From Asterias rubens (Eukaryota): a stretch of DNA of 64,000 nt. The position numbers were made by a program, and so were the translations under genes. Position 1 is the stretch's first letter. Every line of letters begins with the position of its first letter. Below, piece by piece: positions 1 to 13,600 of the stretch. The notes beneath the pieces are model-generated. The model saw nothing but the letters and a program-made list of their open reading frames with translations, had not been told where the DNA came from and did no database searches. The DNA lies in the NCBI RefSeq assembly GCF_902459465.1, contig NC_047070.1, positions 13,888,001 to 13,952,000 of the forward strand. The letters are read 5' to 3'.

Positions 1-1096
1 CACTCGAGACTTTATTATATAATATATTTATTTATTTATTGTGTACACTCAGTGTGGTCAAGATAACACTGTTTATACAAATTATATATACAGAAAAGTA
101 ACCATTAAAGGCATTGGACAATTTGGTACTCACAATATATAATTAGCATACAATATTGTACTTCGTAAAGAGGATAAAACACTGTGATAATGGTCCTCTC
201 TGAAGTAAAGTAGTTTAATAGGGAAAGGAATTTCTCCCTAAAGTACTTAAAATACTTGAATCGGAGAATTACGTCAGGTCTGAGCCTCTTTGAGAGTGTT
301 TTTTGTGTGTGTGTTTTTTGTTTTTTTTTGTTTTTTTTTTGGGGGGGGTCTTTAATTAATTTTATTTAAACTTTAATGACCAATAATGAGCCCAAGTTCC
401 ACATATTTGTAGGGAGTGCTTTTTTATGCATATCATATTCGGCTATATATACCAACTGTGTTCACTGGTCTTTGACAACTACATAAAGTGTCCGGTGCCT
501 TTCAAGGGAAGGTACACGTTTGGTAATTACTCGAAACAAATATTAACTTAACAACTTACTTGGTAATAGCAATGGAAAGCTGTTGATGGTATAAAACATT
601 GTGGGAAACGACTCCCTCTGAAGTAGCGTAATTTTTGAGAAAGGGGTAATTTAAAAGCAGGACAGTTCTTTTCTCAACTGAGAAGTCTCCCGAACCTCCG
701 ATTATCTACTCCGCGGTAGTAGAATATAGCAAGACAGTTCTCTATAAGAACAAACTCTACCTGGCAAGTAGATACACACAGTGTTACCGCAAACCAAATA
801 TACAGTGATACCTCACCATGCAATGCCTCAAATCCTATATAGGTAATTTCTCACTAAAATAATTAAAGACTTCTAGCTAGAAGTCTTTTATTCCTATCTG
901 AAAGCACACAAGTTCGTCCAACAAGGGTGTATTTTCCTTTATCATTTTCTCGCAACTTCGATGACCGATTGAGCCCAAATTTCCACAGGCTTGTTATGTA
1001 ATGCTTATAATGGGATACACCAAGTGAGAAGACTTTTGTTCCCAAATACTATACGTGTACAGTGCCATTAAGGTGGTAACCAAATCAAATCCAAAA

Positions 1097-3185
1097 CTAA
1101 AATCCAACTTCTGCCGGTCTTATCTTCATTTCTGTTTGATAGAAAGAGTTACTTTGGTAGCCCGCGGTACCCCATATGACTCCCTGACCGGTGATGGCCA
1201 CCGACCCTGGATACGGGACGTATACTCCGTTCAGGTTACTCATATCACACGCGTTATACCACCAGGCACCTAGCATTGTTTGTGCACATTGCCTGCCACT
1301 ATCCAAATCGTTGTCCCTGTCGTGGGTTGACCATGCCATTCCGTGATGAATTGTCGTTAAAGAATCACCTAAAAACATAACAGGACACAAGCTGGTGAAA
1401 AAAGGTCTGAATTTTGGATGTATTTTGAATGCCAACAAACATTAACACAACAATGTCCAGATTGATAGTACGTATTCAGAGCTGATGCTCGCATTGTCCG
1501 CACCCATGCTAGCCATTGATCTGTTGTGAATAATATCAATGTTATAAACATCAACAATAAATTTTATCCGAGGACAACATGCACTGTTGTCAATATGTTT
1601 GTCGTTTGTTTTGGACACACGTACTTACCAGCTGTTCCAGTGTAAGACCCGACAGAGAGTCGGTACAAATCACCTTCGTCCGTAATAGAGAATTCATCGT
1701 AACTGTGTCATGAGAAAAACAAGTAAAAAACCCTGATTATAGCACAATTATTTTCTTTTGTAATCCTAACCAAAAAAAAACAAAAAAAAAACAGCAACAA
1801 CAACACCAACATCAACTACAGCAACAGCCATGGGCGTCAATCAGGGGAGGGGGACATGTCCCCCCCACCTTTTGGAGGGTGGGGGACACAATATCAAATG
1901 TCCCCCCCCCCCCACCTTTTGACCACCTTTATCATGAAGCCCAAGTTTTGCACTGTGTAAGACGAAACCCCGTGTCCCTATATGGGCATTAATCATGTGA
2001 TCAAAGGATGACACAATATTCCCCCTCAAAATTGGCCCTAGATTGCATCACAGCGCGTCTACAATTGCAAAATTTTCCCGGGCCCTTAATCGGGCCCGCA
2101 CCCCGAGCCGTAAAGGCTTCTCACACGCATGCTCCATCGTGAACCCAACCCCACCCAACCCATTTTCGAAGGGTGAAAGCACAGTATCATATGTTCCCCA
2201 AGTCTTTTGACCACCTTTATCATGAAAATCGTGTTTTGCACTGAGGAACTGTGGAGCACTGGAACACAATATTCACACAGCTCATTGTTCTGTTTCGTTT
2301 GCCATTTGGCCGTTAAATGGCCTAAATATTGCACCACAGAGCAGCTAAATACACAAAATTTTCCCGGGCCCTTTACCGGGCCCGGACCCATGCCGTAAAG
2401 GTTTAACACTCACGTGCTCACTCTTTGACAGGTTTTCCCCTAAAACTCGGTTCATAAGATCCACACTAAGATGCTGTCAACCCAAAAGATTCTACTGCTG
2501 CTCACATTTTACAGATGTTCTGTTCCGTTCTGTATGCCTCTTATTGGCCTAAGATTGCACCACAGAGCATCTAGAATGCAAAATTTCCCCGGGCCCTTCA
2601 GCGGGCCCGGACCCATGCCGTCAAGGTTTCACACTTACTGGCTCACTCTATGACAGTTTTTCTCCTAAAACTTGGTTCATAGAGATCCGCACTTGAAGAT
2701 GCTGACAATCCAAAAGGTGCTACTGCTGCTCACATTTTTACAGATGTTCTGTTCCATTTTGACATCTGAGAGGGGGAACATCACCCCGCAGATTCACTAG
2801 ATTGCACTAGAGAGCATCTACGGGCTAAAAAAGTCCACGGGGCCCTAAAGCGGGCCCCGGACCCCACGCAGTAAATATGATGTCCCCCCCCCAACGTTTC
2901 AAGACGGATTGACGCCCATGGCAACAGCAACTACAAAAAAACAACAACAACAACAGAAACAGCAACAACAGCAGCAGCAACAACAATAATAATAATAATT
3001 GTAATCTTAACAACAACAACAAAAACAACATCAACTACAGCAACAGCAACTACAAAAAAACAGAAACAGCAACTACAGCAACAGCAGCAACAAAAACAAC
3101 AACAACAGCAACAACATCAACAACAGCAACAACAACATCAACAACAACATCATCATTATCATCAACATTATCATCAACAACATCA

Positions 3186-3230
<45 letters not shown>

Positions 3231-3243
3231 TCAACAACAACAT

Positions 3244-3275
<32 letters not shown>

Positions 3276-3299
3276 GCAGCAACATCATCAACAACATCA

Positions 3300-3342
<43 letters not shown>

Positions 3343-6300
3343 AATCATCAACAACATCATCAACAACAACATTAACAACATCAACAACATCAACATCACA
3401 ACAAGTGTACCATGACGTACAGTGCGTATAGAGCATTGCCAACCCAATCTTTGACGATAACAATGAGCTCATAGCGACGCTGATTAGACAACAGGTGTAG
3501 GTCGTCATTGCCTAACCAAAACTCTCTGGTGAGGTCGCCAAACCCTGCTTTGTAGTCCGCCCAGGACAAGTAAAAGTCTTGGGAACCATCAACTCGACGT
3601 TGGAACACCTGTGGAAGTTATATCATGATACTTGTGAGTTATTAAAGTAGTTTTTCTCAATATTCTAATTTTCACGATCGAAGCTTTATATCATGACGTA
3701 TGACGGTGTCCTACAACTTTCAATAATAATAATATCCTTTAAAACGTCGTAAAGAGGGAGCGTGTGTATTGATAATCTTTGATTGCGAAATTAAATAATA
3801 ATAATAATAATAATAATAATCGTATTAATAACGCGCCTTTTGCCAAAGGATACAAAGCGCCAGGTATTATTACTGCAAGGAGTGGGTCGAATTTTGAGAT
3901 ATAGACCTAATCCTTAAGCACCATGTAATGGTTTACAAGGTGCTGTGGCGCAATATGCTGCCAATCCAGCCAGGAACACCGGGGCGAACCCCTTCTCTTT
4001 TCGATAAGTGCACTGGGTTCTTTTACATGCGTTTACACAACACATGGGACCAACGGCTTTACGTCCCATCCGAAGGACGAAGCAATGGTTATGTGTCTTG
4101 CTTAAGGACACAAGTGTCACGGCTGGATTGAATTCGGTGCTCTTAACCGCTCGGCCACGACACTTCCAAATTGTTGTACATCCTAACCATAAGACGTCGA
4201 TGTTAAAGGCACTCAAAAAGGTTGCACAAAAACTCATTGTTAGCATAAAAATGTACTTGGTAACAAGCAACGGAGAGCTGTTGAAAGCATAAAACATTGT
4301 GAGAAACGGCTCGCTCTGAAGTAACGTAGTTTTTGAGAAGAGGTAATTTGTCACTCAAATAAGACTTCAGCTGAAGCCTTTTCCAGACATCTGAAAGCAC
4401 ACAAACATGTTGTACCACAAGGGTATCATTATTCTCATTCTCTGCAATTTATATATGACCAATTGAGTCCATTTTTATAAAGATTTATTTATGCATATGT
4501 TGGGATACACTTAGTAAGAATACTGTTCTTTAAGAATTACCAAAGGTGTCCAGGGGTGGATTTCACAAGTAGTTAAGACTTGTCTCATCTTGAGTTTTAT
4601 AAGACGAGTTAAGTTTTTAATAAGAGTCACATGACTAAGTTGGGACTATCTTTCTAAAATCGACCTCAGTGCTTTAACCATAAAAGGCTGAGTAAAAAGT
4701 TGGGAAAGCTACCGTCTATGTACAGCCAAATGCCAGGGCTGCGTCTTGACCCAATACGTCAGTGATCGATAGTAAGTAATAGTGTACTGCGCTCGGCTGT
4801 TAGCGCTCTCATTTTGACATCGAAATGAATGCGAGACCAACGGTTCACCCGTACCACGTGACCACCAGGATCATGACGTAGGCTATAGTCAAATCTCTGG
4901 GGTAAATTCAAGTGTGACGTCAGATGTTCAGCTAGCCTGAACATCTGACGTCACACTTCGAGCTCGTTAATGCCAGATAGTGGTCTCAAGCCTTGGTCGA
5001 TCCCCGTCCATCTTCACCTGTCACCTAGGTTTATATGCAGACAACCGAAAGTGCAGCTGCCAAACGACACCTCGGACCAATCAAAACACATAAAAAACTC
5101 ACGTCACTGCACGTGTATCCAATGAAATTGCTGGTTCTGAAAAGCAAGTACCTGTCTTTATCCTTGCGGATAAAAACAAACCGTGTCTAATGTTCAGCTA
5201 GCTCGCTAGTCAGTCAAGTTTGATAAATCATGCGATTTACAACCGACTGGCAGTACATTATCCAATACCGATCACTGCTGTACACGACTGGAACTTGCGT
5301 CACTTACCGTCCAACCGCCACCAGCATTTACCATTTCACAGTACACTGAGAGTGGTTGATCTCGACCTTCAACATTGATGTTGTACACCCCACTGATTGT
5401 CTCACCCATCATTAATAAATCGTAGCAGTCTTTCCCTTTCATAGCTGTAACATATTGAAATTAAAGTGTCTGAAACATTAGGCAATTTAAATTTCCGATG
5501 GGGCAAAGCCTATGGAACACCAGTGCAAAGATTAAATTTTAAATTGGCCATGGTGCTAACGCGGGCTTTGGACAATATAATTCCAGTAAGACAGTTCTCT
5601 AAGAACAAATTCTACCTGGAAAGTAGAAACACATTTGGTGTAACCGCAAACCAAATATATTTTGATACCTCACCATGCAATGCTTCACATCATAAATGAG
5701 TTGGTTTTGTTTATACTTTCTTACCTTCCACGGGTCTGATTTTCATCTCTGCGAACTTCATTGAGTGGTAAAGATCTAGCCACGCGCCCCAGACCACACC
5801 CTGCCCAACATAAGGTACATAATCTGTGTTGATGTATGGGCAGTTCAAGCAGGCATATATACATGCTTTGTACCACCAGGGGCCTAAGTAGGTCTGGGCA
5901 CAGTGTCTGAAGTCATCGTCATTGTCCCGATCCTTCGTGGAGAAAGGTTGACTATTGGTTGGGCCCAAGGAGTCACCTAAGACACAAATGAACAGTGAAT
6001 AGGATGTCAAGCAGGTTTCCTTCCAGAATAACGTTAAAGGGAATTGATACCTTTTGTAAATCAAGTTGGGACATACAGGGTTTTTTGACAAATATTCATT
6101 GAAAATCGCAGAAAACTGTTTTCAGGAAAGTCGCGTCATAAGTTGTAGATGCTCATTATTAATGTTCGTCTTTTGAAACGAAAACACTTTCTTTACATTA
6201 CTCATTTTGATGGTTTTTCTCATTCTCAAAGCGTACAACACCTCAGTAATAATATTTTAAGGGAAGCTTTCTACCATCATTATCTTAAATCTGTAACCAC

Positions 6301-9300
6301 GATGTTCTGTATTGTTAAAAAGTACCCAAACCCATACAGTCTTGACTGTAATAAGAACAGGATCGGTTGCAGTCAGAGAGACCAATCATGTTGTATGCAT
6401 CCATAGCACATGAGCGAAAACAATAAACACAAACCAACAAGCCGTTCTTCTAAAATCCACCACTTCTTAAAACATTGTTATCATAACATGGTGTACATAA
6501 ACCATGTTTATATTTTTATCCATACAAAGTTAGGTTCACACAATAATAGCAAGTATCGTATTCATTTGTTCTAGTAATCCCCAATCCGCTCCAGTTATCG
6601 TTTTTAAGACTAAACGTTTTGATTAGTATTGGTGGAACGCTTGCGTTTATAGCGTAGAGAGCTTTTGCACACGATGTCATTTCATGAGGGCGCCCTCACA
6701 TAATGAGGTCAAAAAGCGAACGTACATTGGCCAAACCTGTGCGCCGCGCGTACAAATCGGTGTGTTTTGATTGTTTCGTCATCGATTTACCTCTAAGATG
6801 GCGGCTAGATGACGTCAATGCAGGGTCTATTTCAAATTTTGACCTAAGTGTGAACAAACCTGCATCATATGATCCATAGAATGTACCGATGTCCAACCTA
6901 TACAGGTTACTCTCCGTGTCCACTCTGAAGTGTCCATATTTGACGGCCATGCTGACCAGTGAAAACGATTGCATCTCAATCCGTAACTGATAAACCCGGT
7001 CTGATGTTAGCTCGTTGAGGGCGTCGTTACCCAACCAGAAGTTTTTTGTGAGGTCACCGAACCCTGCTTTGTATTCCGCCCAGGTCAAGTCGAAGTCTTG
7101 CGAATTGTCCACACGCCTCTGAAAGACCTAGTGATTGTGAAAAATAAATAACAGTTACCGTTAGATGGCGCTGTTTCTATATTAGGAGCAGAGCCGTATA
7201 TGGGTGCACCCCACCAAATAGGAGAAAACAGAGCGTCGAGCTCATTAATATTTTGTAGGCACTGAAAATATTCTATTTTAGACAGATTTGAGAGCCCCCA
7301 GAAAGTGTTTCAGTGTAAAAATGTTGCCCAAATGTGACCTGTGGGTTGTTGACTTCTAGCTTGAGGTATTTTGGATGACATAGGCCCTGAAATAAATGGT
7401 CCTATTTGCTGAGAGGTGTAGGGACATTTTTCAAGATTGATGCTCGGACGTTTTGAAAATTAGACCTGTGAAGGGGTGTTTTTACTTGGAGGGAGAATAA
7501 CTCGACGGGGTCAGGGACTCCCCATATAAATTGAGCAGATAATAAAAGTTCAAGAGTCAATCAATAATTTTCCCTTTCAAGTTAAAAGCTGTGAGACTTT
7601 TAAGTATTTGTTGTGTACTTTTTTATATTTAGCATTTTGCACTGTGTGCTTTGGGAGACTATTCGGTGGGGTGAACCCATATTGAGAGAGTTACGACAAC
7701 TCGCGATTAGAAGCCATTTATTTCCCCAAGAAAAGCATGGGCGAACACGGGGTGCCAAACTAGTCTGCCCATTTAGCTGTGCTTCATTTGGAGACAACAT
7801 GGCGTTCAGCAACCACGTAACCAAAGAAAACTGGTCCCTCCTTGTCGCAATACACAGCTCTGACTAGGAGCAAGCTTCAGTCAGGGGCCACTTAGAACTA
7901 TCCATGTTTTATCAATTACTGATCTTATAAAAAGGAAATAAAAACACAAGGATGATTTTTGAAAATTGAAAATTGATTCTCAATTAAACGATTTTGTTGT
8001 TATTGCATGCGGTATGGTTGGTTTGGTCAAAAATATTTTCTGAACATCTAACCAAAAAACGTTGCGATATTATGGCCTTAAATTATCACTACTGTTGTTT
8101 TGGAGAGCTGCCTTTTGGCGTCATGCTGGTTGCAACCTTTGACACAATGGCGATCAATGGCGATTGTAGCGGAATATTTTGCACAAAGTCTGCTAATTAT
8201 CTGAATGTAGGTTTTTGTGACGTTGACTTCTGCAACCGTGGACCTCCTATTGTCTCTCTTTTGTTTATACAAAAAAAAATTGTTTGTGCAATAGCTCCCA
8301 TTGGTTTTGTACACGTTTTCTAACTGTCGACCTTTCACTGGACTCTCTCGTGTGATTTGTTAAAGGCCACCGGTTTGAACTTGTACTACTCTTGTACGCA
8401 CCACGAAACAGGGCATAAAGCCTGGAGTACATCGAAATTATTGATACAGACAACAACAAAACTGAAGTGTAAAAAAAATAGAACCGGGTGGTTAGCGAAT
8501 AAACGTTTCTATCAGTATGCTCTGATTGTCTTCAAGAGAAATAGATATACACATGTTTGAAACTTACATGTTGTGGAGAAAGAATAACTATAAATATGAA
8601 TAGTAGATTAGCGGGGACAACCATGTGTAAAATCTCTTTTGAGGGAGTGTTGGCTCTGAAAAGAGCCAGTGTCCACATTGATATCCACTAAAAACAATGT
8701 ATCTATTTAAATATCTGACCGGTCTCGTCCGTCTGTATGTCCTTGTCTAGTCCTAGTCCTGCTGTCCATTGGTAAATTTTTAAAAAGGCACTATGCTTCA
8801 AATTTTCACTGCATGTTGGTAATAACTCAACGGGGTATCTTTAGCCATGTTATAGTATGTTTCAATTTTGTAGCCAGTATAATGGTTGAATTGCATTTGA
8901 TGCTTTTGTTGTTGCCAATAATGGAATAAATGTCTAAACACAATGGTGGTACCACAAACCACTCTTAGCTATACTTTCACAGTGAATACCTTTAAACCCT
9001 ACAAACACATTTAAGTACAAAGTATAGCATTCGCTGAAGGAGCTTATGTCTAAACATAACTTACCGTCCAACCCCCCTCATCTGAATCCATATCACAGTA
9101 GACTTGCAAAGATCCAGTCCGCCTCGCTGGGTACACAGTGTACTCACCGCTGATGCTTAAGGGTGAATTAGTTTGAATGTCCCAGCAGTCGATTGGTTGA
9201 AACTCTAAAAGTCAAAGGGAAAAAATTAAAAAATTAAAGGCACTATAGTTATACGTCTTTTAACTTTCCTATATGGAACCTTACAAATGAATGCACATCC

Positions 9301-12300
9301 CAGAAGCAAAGTCTATAGCGCATTTATTTGGGAGGTTTTCAAGAGATAATTGCCAGGGAAAGAAGTATGATGCAATTTCGTTTGCATAAATTGACTAGAC
9401 TATATAAGTAGAAACAAACATTGGTACCTTGCCACACTCATGAACTAACCACGATCACAAACAATAACCATTAAATTAAAAACACAGCGTCCGAATTGTA
9501 AACTCAGTGTTTTCTCGAGTTTGGTGAAAACACCACAGGCATAGTACTCAAACGTCCTGTTGGACGGGGGGATTTGAACCCACAACCTTTGCAATTCTAG
9601 AGCAGTGTCACCACCGAGTTTTCCCCGTAGCTAGAGGCAGTTCGAAGCCTATGTTTAGCAGCAGGTACTTCAGCGATTTAAAATGTGTTTACTTTGTAGG
9701 TATTTTCATTTTGGTTGACCGGGAAAATCAAGATGATGTAAACAGATGAGGTAATGAACCAGAACAAAAGCGTAATTGACCAATCTGCTGATGACATATG
9801 AAGCAAACAAGTGTGATAATTCATTATTCTTGATGCAAGAGAGCTGTTTAGCAAGAACCAACACACACCAATTAAAAATGTTTTTACCTGTTGTAGTCGG
9901 TGCTGCAGTAGTCGGTGCTGCAGTAGTCGGTGCTGCAGTAGTCGGTGCTGCAGTAGTCGGTGCTGCAGTAGTCGGTTCTGCAGTAGTCGGTTCTGCAGTA
10001 GTCGGTGCTGCAGTAGTCGGTGCTGCAGTAGTTGGTGCTGCAGTAGTTGGTGCTGCAGTAGTCGGTGCTGCAGTAGTCGGTGCTGCAGTAGACGGTGCTG
10101 CAGTAGACGGTGCTGCAGTAGTCGGTGCTGCAGTAGACGGTGCTGCAGTAGTCGGTGCTGCAGTAGTCGGTGCTGCAGTAGTCGGTGCTGCAGTAGTCGG
10201 TGCTGCAGTAGTCGGTGCTGCAGTAGTCGGTGCTGCAGTAGTCGGTGCTGCAGTAATCGGTGCTGCAGTAGTCGGTGCTGCAGTAGTCGGTGCTGCAGTA
10301 GTCGGTGCTGCAGTAGTTGTTATCTGTGTTGTGATTAAAAGCATTATTTCGAACACATTATTTGAAAATGTTGAAAAAACTATCCCCTGGAAACTGGGTT
10401 GAATAGGTGGTCATTGTTTAAATGAGAATTGCTAGTCTTTATTTTTTGTTTGGCAAAGTAGAAGGAAAGAGACCATCAACATGAACTAGGTCCAGTGACA
10501 TTTAGGTACACCTTTGTGGCTACATTTAGGTACATCTTAGGGGCTGCATTTAGGCCGGGTGACATTTAGGTACAATTTGGGGCTACATTTAGGTTGGGCG
10601 ACATTTAGGTAAAACTTTGATGCTACATTTAGGTCGGGTAACAATTAGGTACATTTTGAGGGCTACATTAAGGTCGGGTGACATCTAGGTACTACTTTTG
10701 GAATACAACTAGGTCGGGCGACATTTGGGTACTTACTGTTGGGCTACACTTACGTACATCTTTGGGACTACTTATGGTCGGGTGACATAACGATACTACT
10801 TTGGGGCTACAACTAGGTCCGGTGGCATTTGGGTACAACTTTTTGCCTACATTTAGGTTGGACGACATTCAGGTTAAACTTTGAGGCTAAATTAAGGTCG
10901 GGCAACAATAAGGTACGTTTTGGGAGCTACATTAAGGTCGGATGACATCTAGGTACTACTTTTGGGCTACATTTACTTAGGTAATTATTGGGCTATATTT
11001 AGGCCGGGTGGGGACAACATTTAGGTCGGGCAACCATTTTGCGGATTCTGGGCTAAATTTAGGTCAGGACAAAATTTGTGGCCCTGGCTACATTAGGGAG
11101 CCGCACAGTTGATATGCAGTGGTCAAACGCATTTGTTGAGTTTAAATATACTGCTTTATTAAATATTCACTACACTGCCTCTGTTTATAGAGCCTTAGAA
11201 AGGCTAAAAATAACTATTGTTTCTGTGTTCTACTGATCAAAATAAGTCTCGAATCAGCTAGTATTTATCATAGCTTGAATTATGTAAGAGAATGAGTAAG
11301 CTATTTAATTCCCTTTCGTTTGCGGCTGTTGTGCAGAGTGCTCAGGTTTCATTTTAACTACATTTTTTATGATAAGGGCTCTTGCAGACACTTTTTATGA
11401 CCATAAGATGAAAATTATACCACTATAATGGACGCTCTTATAGTAAGTCATCACCCGAATAAGAATGATTATAATTTGAATATTGGTGTTAACTTGGTGT
11501 TCCTACTGAACCCCTCAATGAACCACATTAAACCTTCATACAGTTGGTCCTCTTTGAGTTAGAACATGTAAGCAATAATTACATGCGGCTTCTTTGATCG
11601 CAATCTGCATTATTAAACATACTGGTTCAATAATCCAAATACCACATGACATTGACACTAAAGTTGACTGTTTATACCCAAACAAAGAAAAAACAAACGT
11701 AGAAATTTCTATACAGCTTATTGCTATGGCAACGAATCATTTCCGTATTGGGATTTGATGTTGTTTAACTCGACGTAAATGAACAGGGTTTTCCATGTAT
11801 TCTGGTTGTGAAGCCAATGACTGTCTACCAAGCGAACATAATCACTTTCTAGCAAAAACTAATGAAGGAAGGATGCCTTTTAGGCAGTCTTTTCGTTTGA
11901 AATTAATTTCCTTTTTAGATGTCGATACTCGTGTTTAATGTACGTGTGTAAGTAATCATCATCAATGCTACTTTGTAAAAGCACGTACTGGTCAAATAGC
12001 AATCAAATATTTTACTACAAGACGACATGATAAATTATGATATGCTTTAGTTTAAGACTTTTCATTAATCCAGGCATCTCTTTGAAGGGAAAGTATTATG
12101 GTTTTGGAGCCGTCTTGTTGATCCTATATAAATGTAGATAGTGCAATCAAACTATCACCTGCAAATTTCTAGCAAAATTTGGAAGCGGTTTTGAGATTTC
12201 GCCGAAAATATAGAAGCGGTTCATGCATGACCAATATTCTGTATTCGAAATACATTTCCTGAGACGTTTCTCAAACTCAAATTCAATTTGGGGCGGGGTA

Positions 12301-13554
12301 TCAATAAAGGTTTTAACATAACCACATTACCTCAAAATGCTTTTTACTATCGAAAGCTACTGGCTATTCTGGTTCGATTCCAGAGACAGACAAACTGTGA
12401 ATAACTCGACGATGTACCTTGGCATGAACTCCAAACAATATGCAGGATTCTTGAAATGTTTAAATATTTACTTACAGCCATTATACACTTTCGATAAACA
12501 GTATGGTCCAAGGCCCACACTTCGTGTATCACAACTTATATATAAAATAACAAACCTGTGAAAATTTGGGCTCAATCGGTCATCGGAGTCGGGAGAAAAT
12601 AACGGGAAAAAACACTCTTGTTTCCGCACGTTTCGCCGTGTCATGACATAAATCCGTAATTCTCGCTATCGAGAATTGATATTGTTTTAATGTTTTCTCA
12701 AAAGGTAAAGCATTTCATGGAACAATATTTCAAGAGAAGTCTTTCGCCATTACCTTTTGTAAGCCCTGTAAGTTATTTGTAAATCTGTTAACCTTTTTTG
12801 TTTTTGCTGTACCGAAAGTGTATAATGGCTTTAAAAATAACCTATTTATTTGTTTATTTGTTTATTTATTTATTTTTAATCAACACATCCAACAACACAA
12901 TAGCGCCAATAAAAGGATAAATGCAAAAAAAAGAGGAAAAATAATATCCAGTATTAGATGTTAAACATTGCACGCATTCGTCCATTCATCAACAGAAAAG
13001 CATGTGAAGATGCAATTAGAACGATCGTTGCATCTAGACTGGACTATGCCAACTCGCTACTGCATGGAGTCAACTTATCCAGTATCCAGCGTCTCCAGAG
13101 AGTTCAGAACCGTGCGGCTAAACTCATATTCATGGCCCGGAAATATGATCACGTGACCCCTCTGCTGAAAGAATTACATTGGCTCCCGGTACAACAACGA
13201 ATCACCTTTAAGATCCTGACCCTCGTCTACAAGTCTCTTCATGGTAAAGCTCCCACCTATCTTGACTCACTCATCACACAATATCATTCTGCTCGACCCG
13301 GTCTTCGCTCAAGTTCAGACTGTACTTTGCCAAACAGTAAAGCCGGTGATAATGCATTTCAGACATTTGCACCTTGTCTTTGGAATAATATCCCCCAATC
13401 TGTCCGCCAGTTGCCATCACTAGATGCGTTTAAGAGAGCCATAAAAACCCTCCTGTTTGACTAATAGCTTTAACTTATCTGTTATGTATATTGTACTACT
13501 CTGTAAAGCGCTCTGAAACCATGTCCATGTGTATAGAGCGCTATATAAGTACCT

Positions 13555-13600
<46 letters not shown>

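Noticed and set aside
2825-3508. Poly-Leu, poly-Val/Asp and Met/Leu ORFs in the track
   Set aside because: These are translations of the (CAA)n microsatellite inside a gene A intron.
9776-10402. Plus-strand 208-aa (VVGAA)n ORF
   Set aside because: It is the antisense shadow of the PTTAA stalk exon; splice sites and phase support the minus strand.
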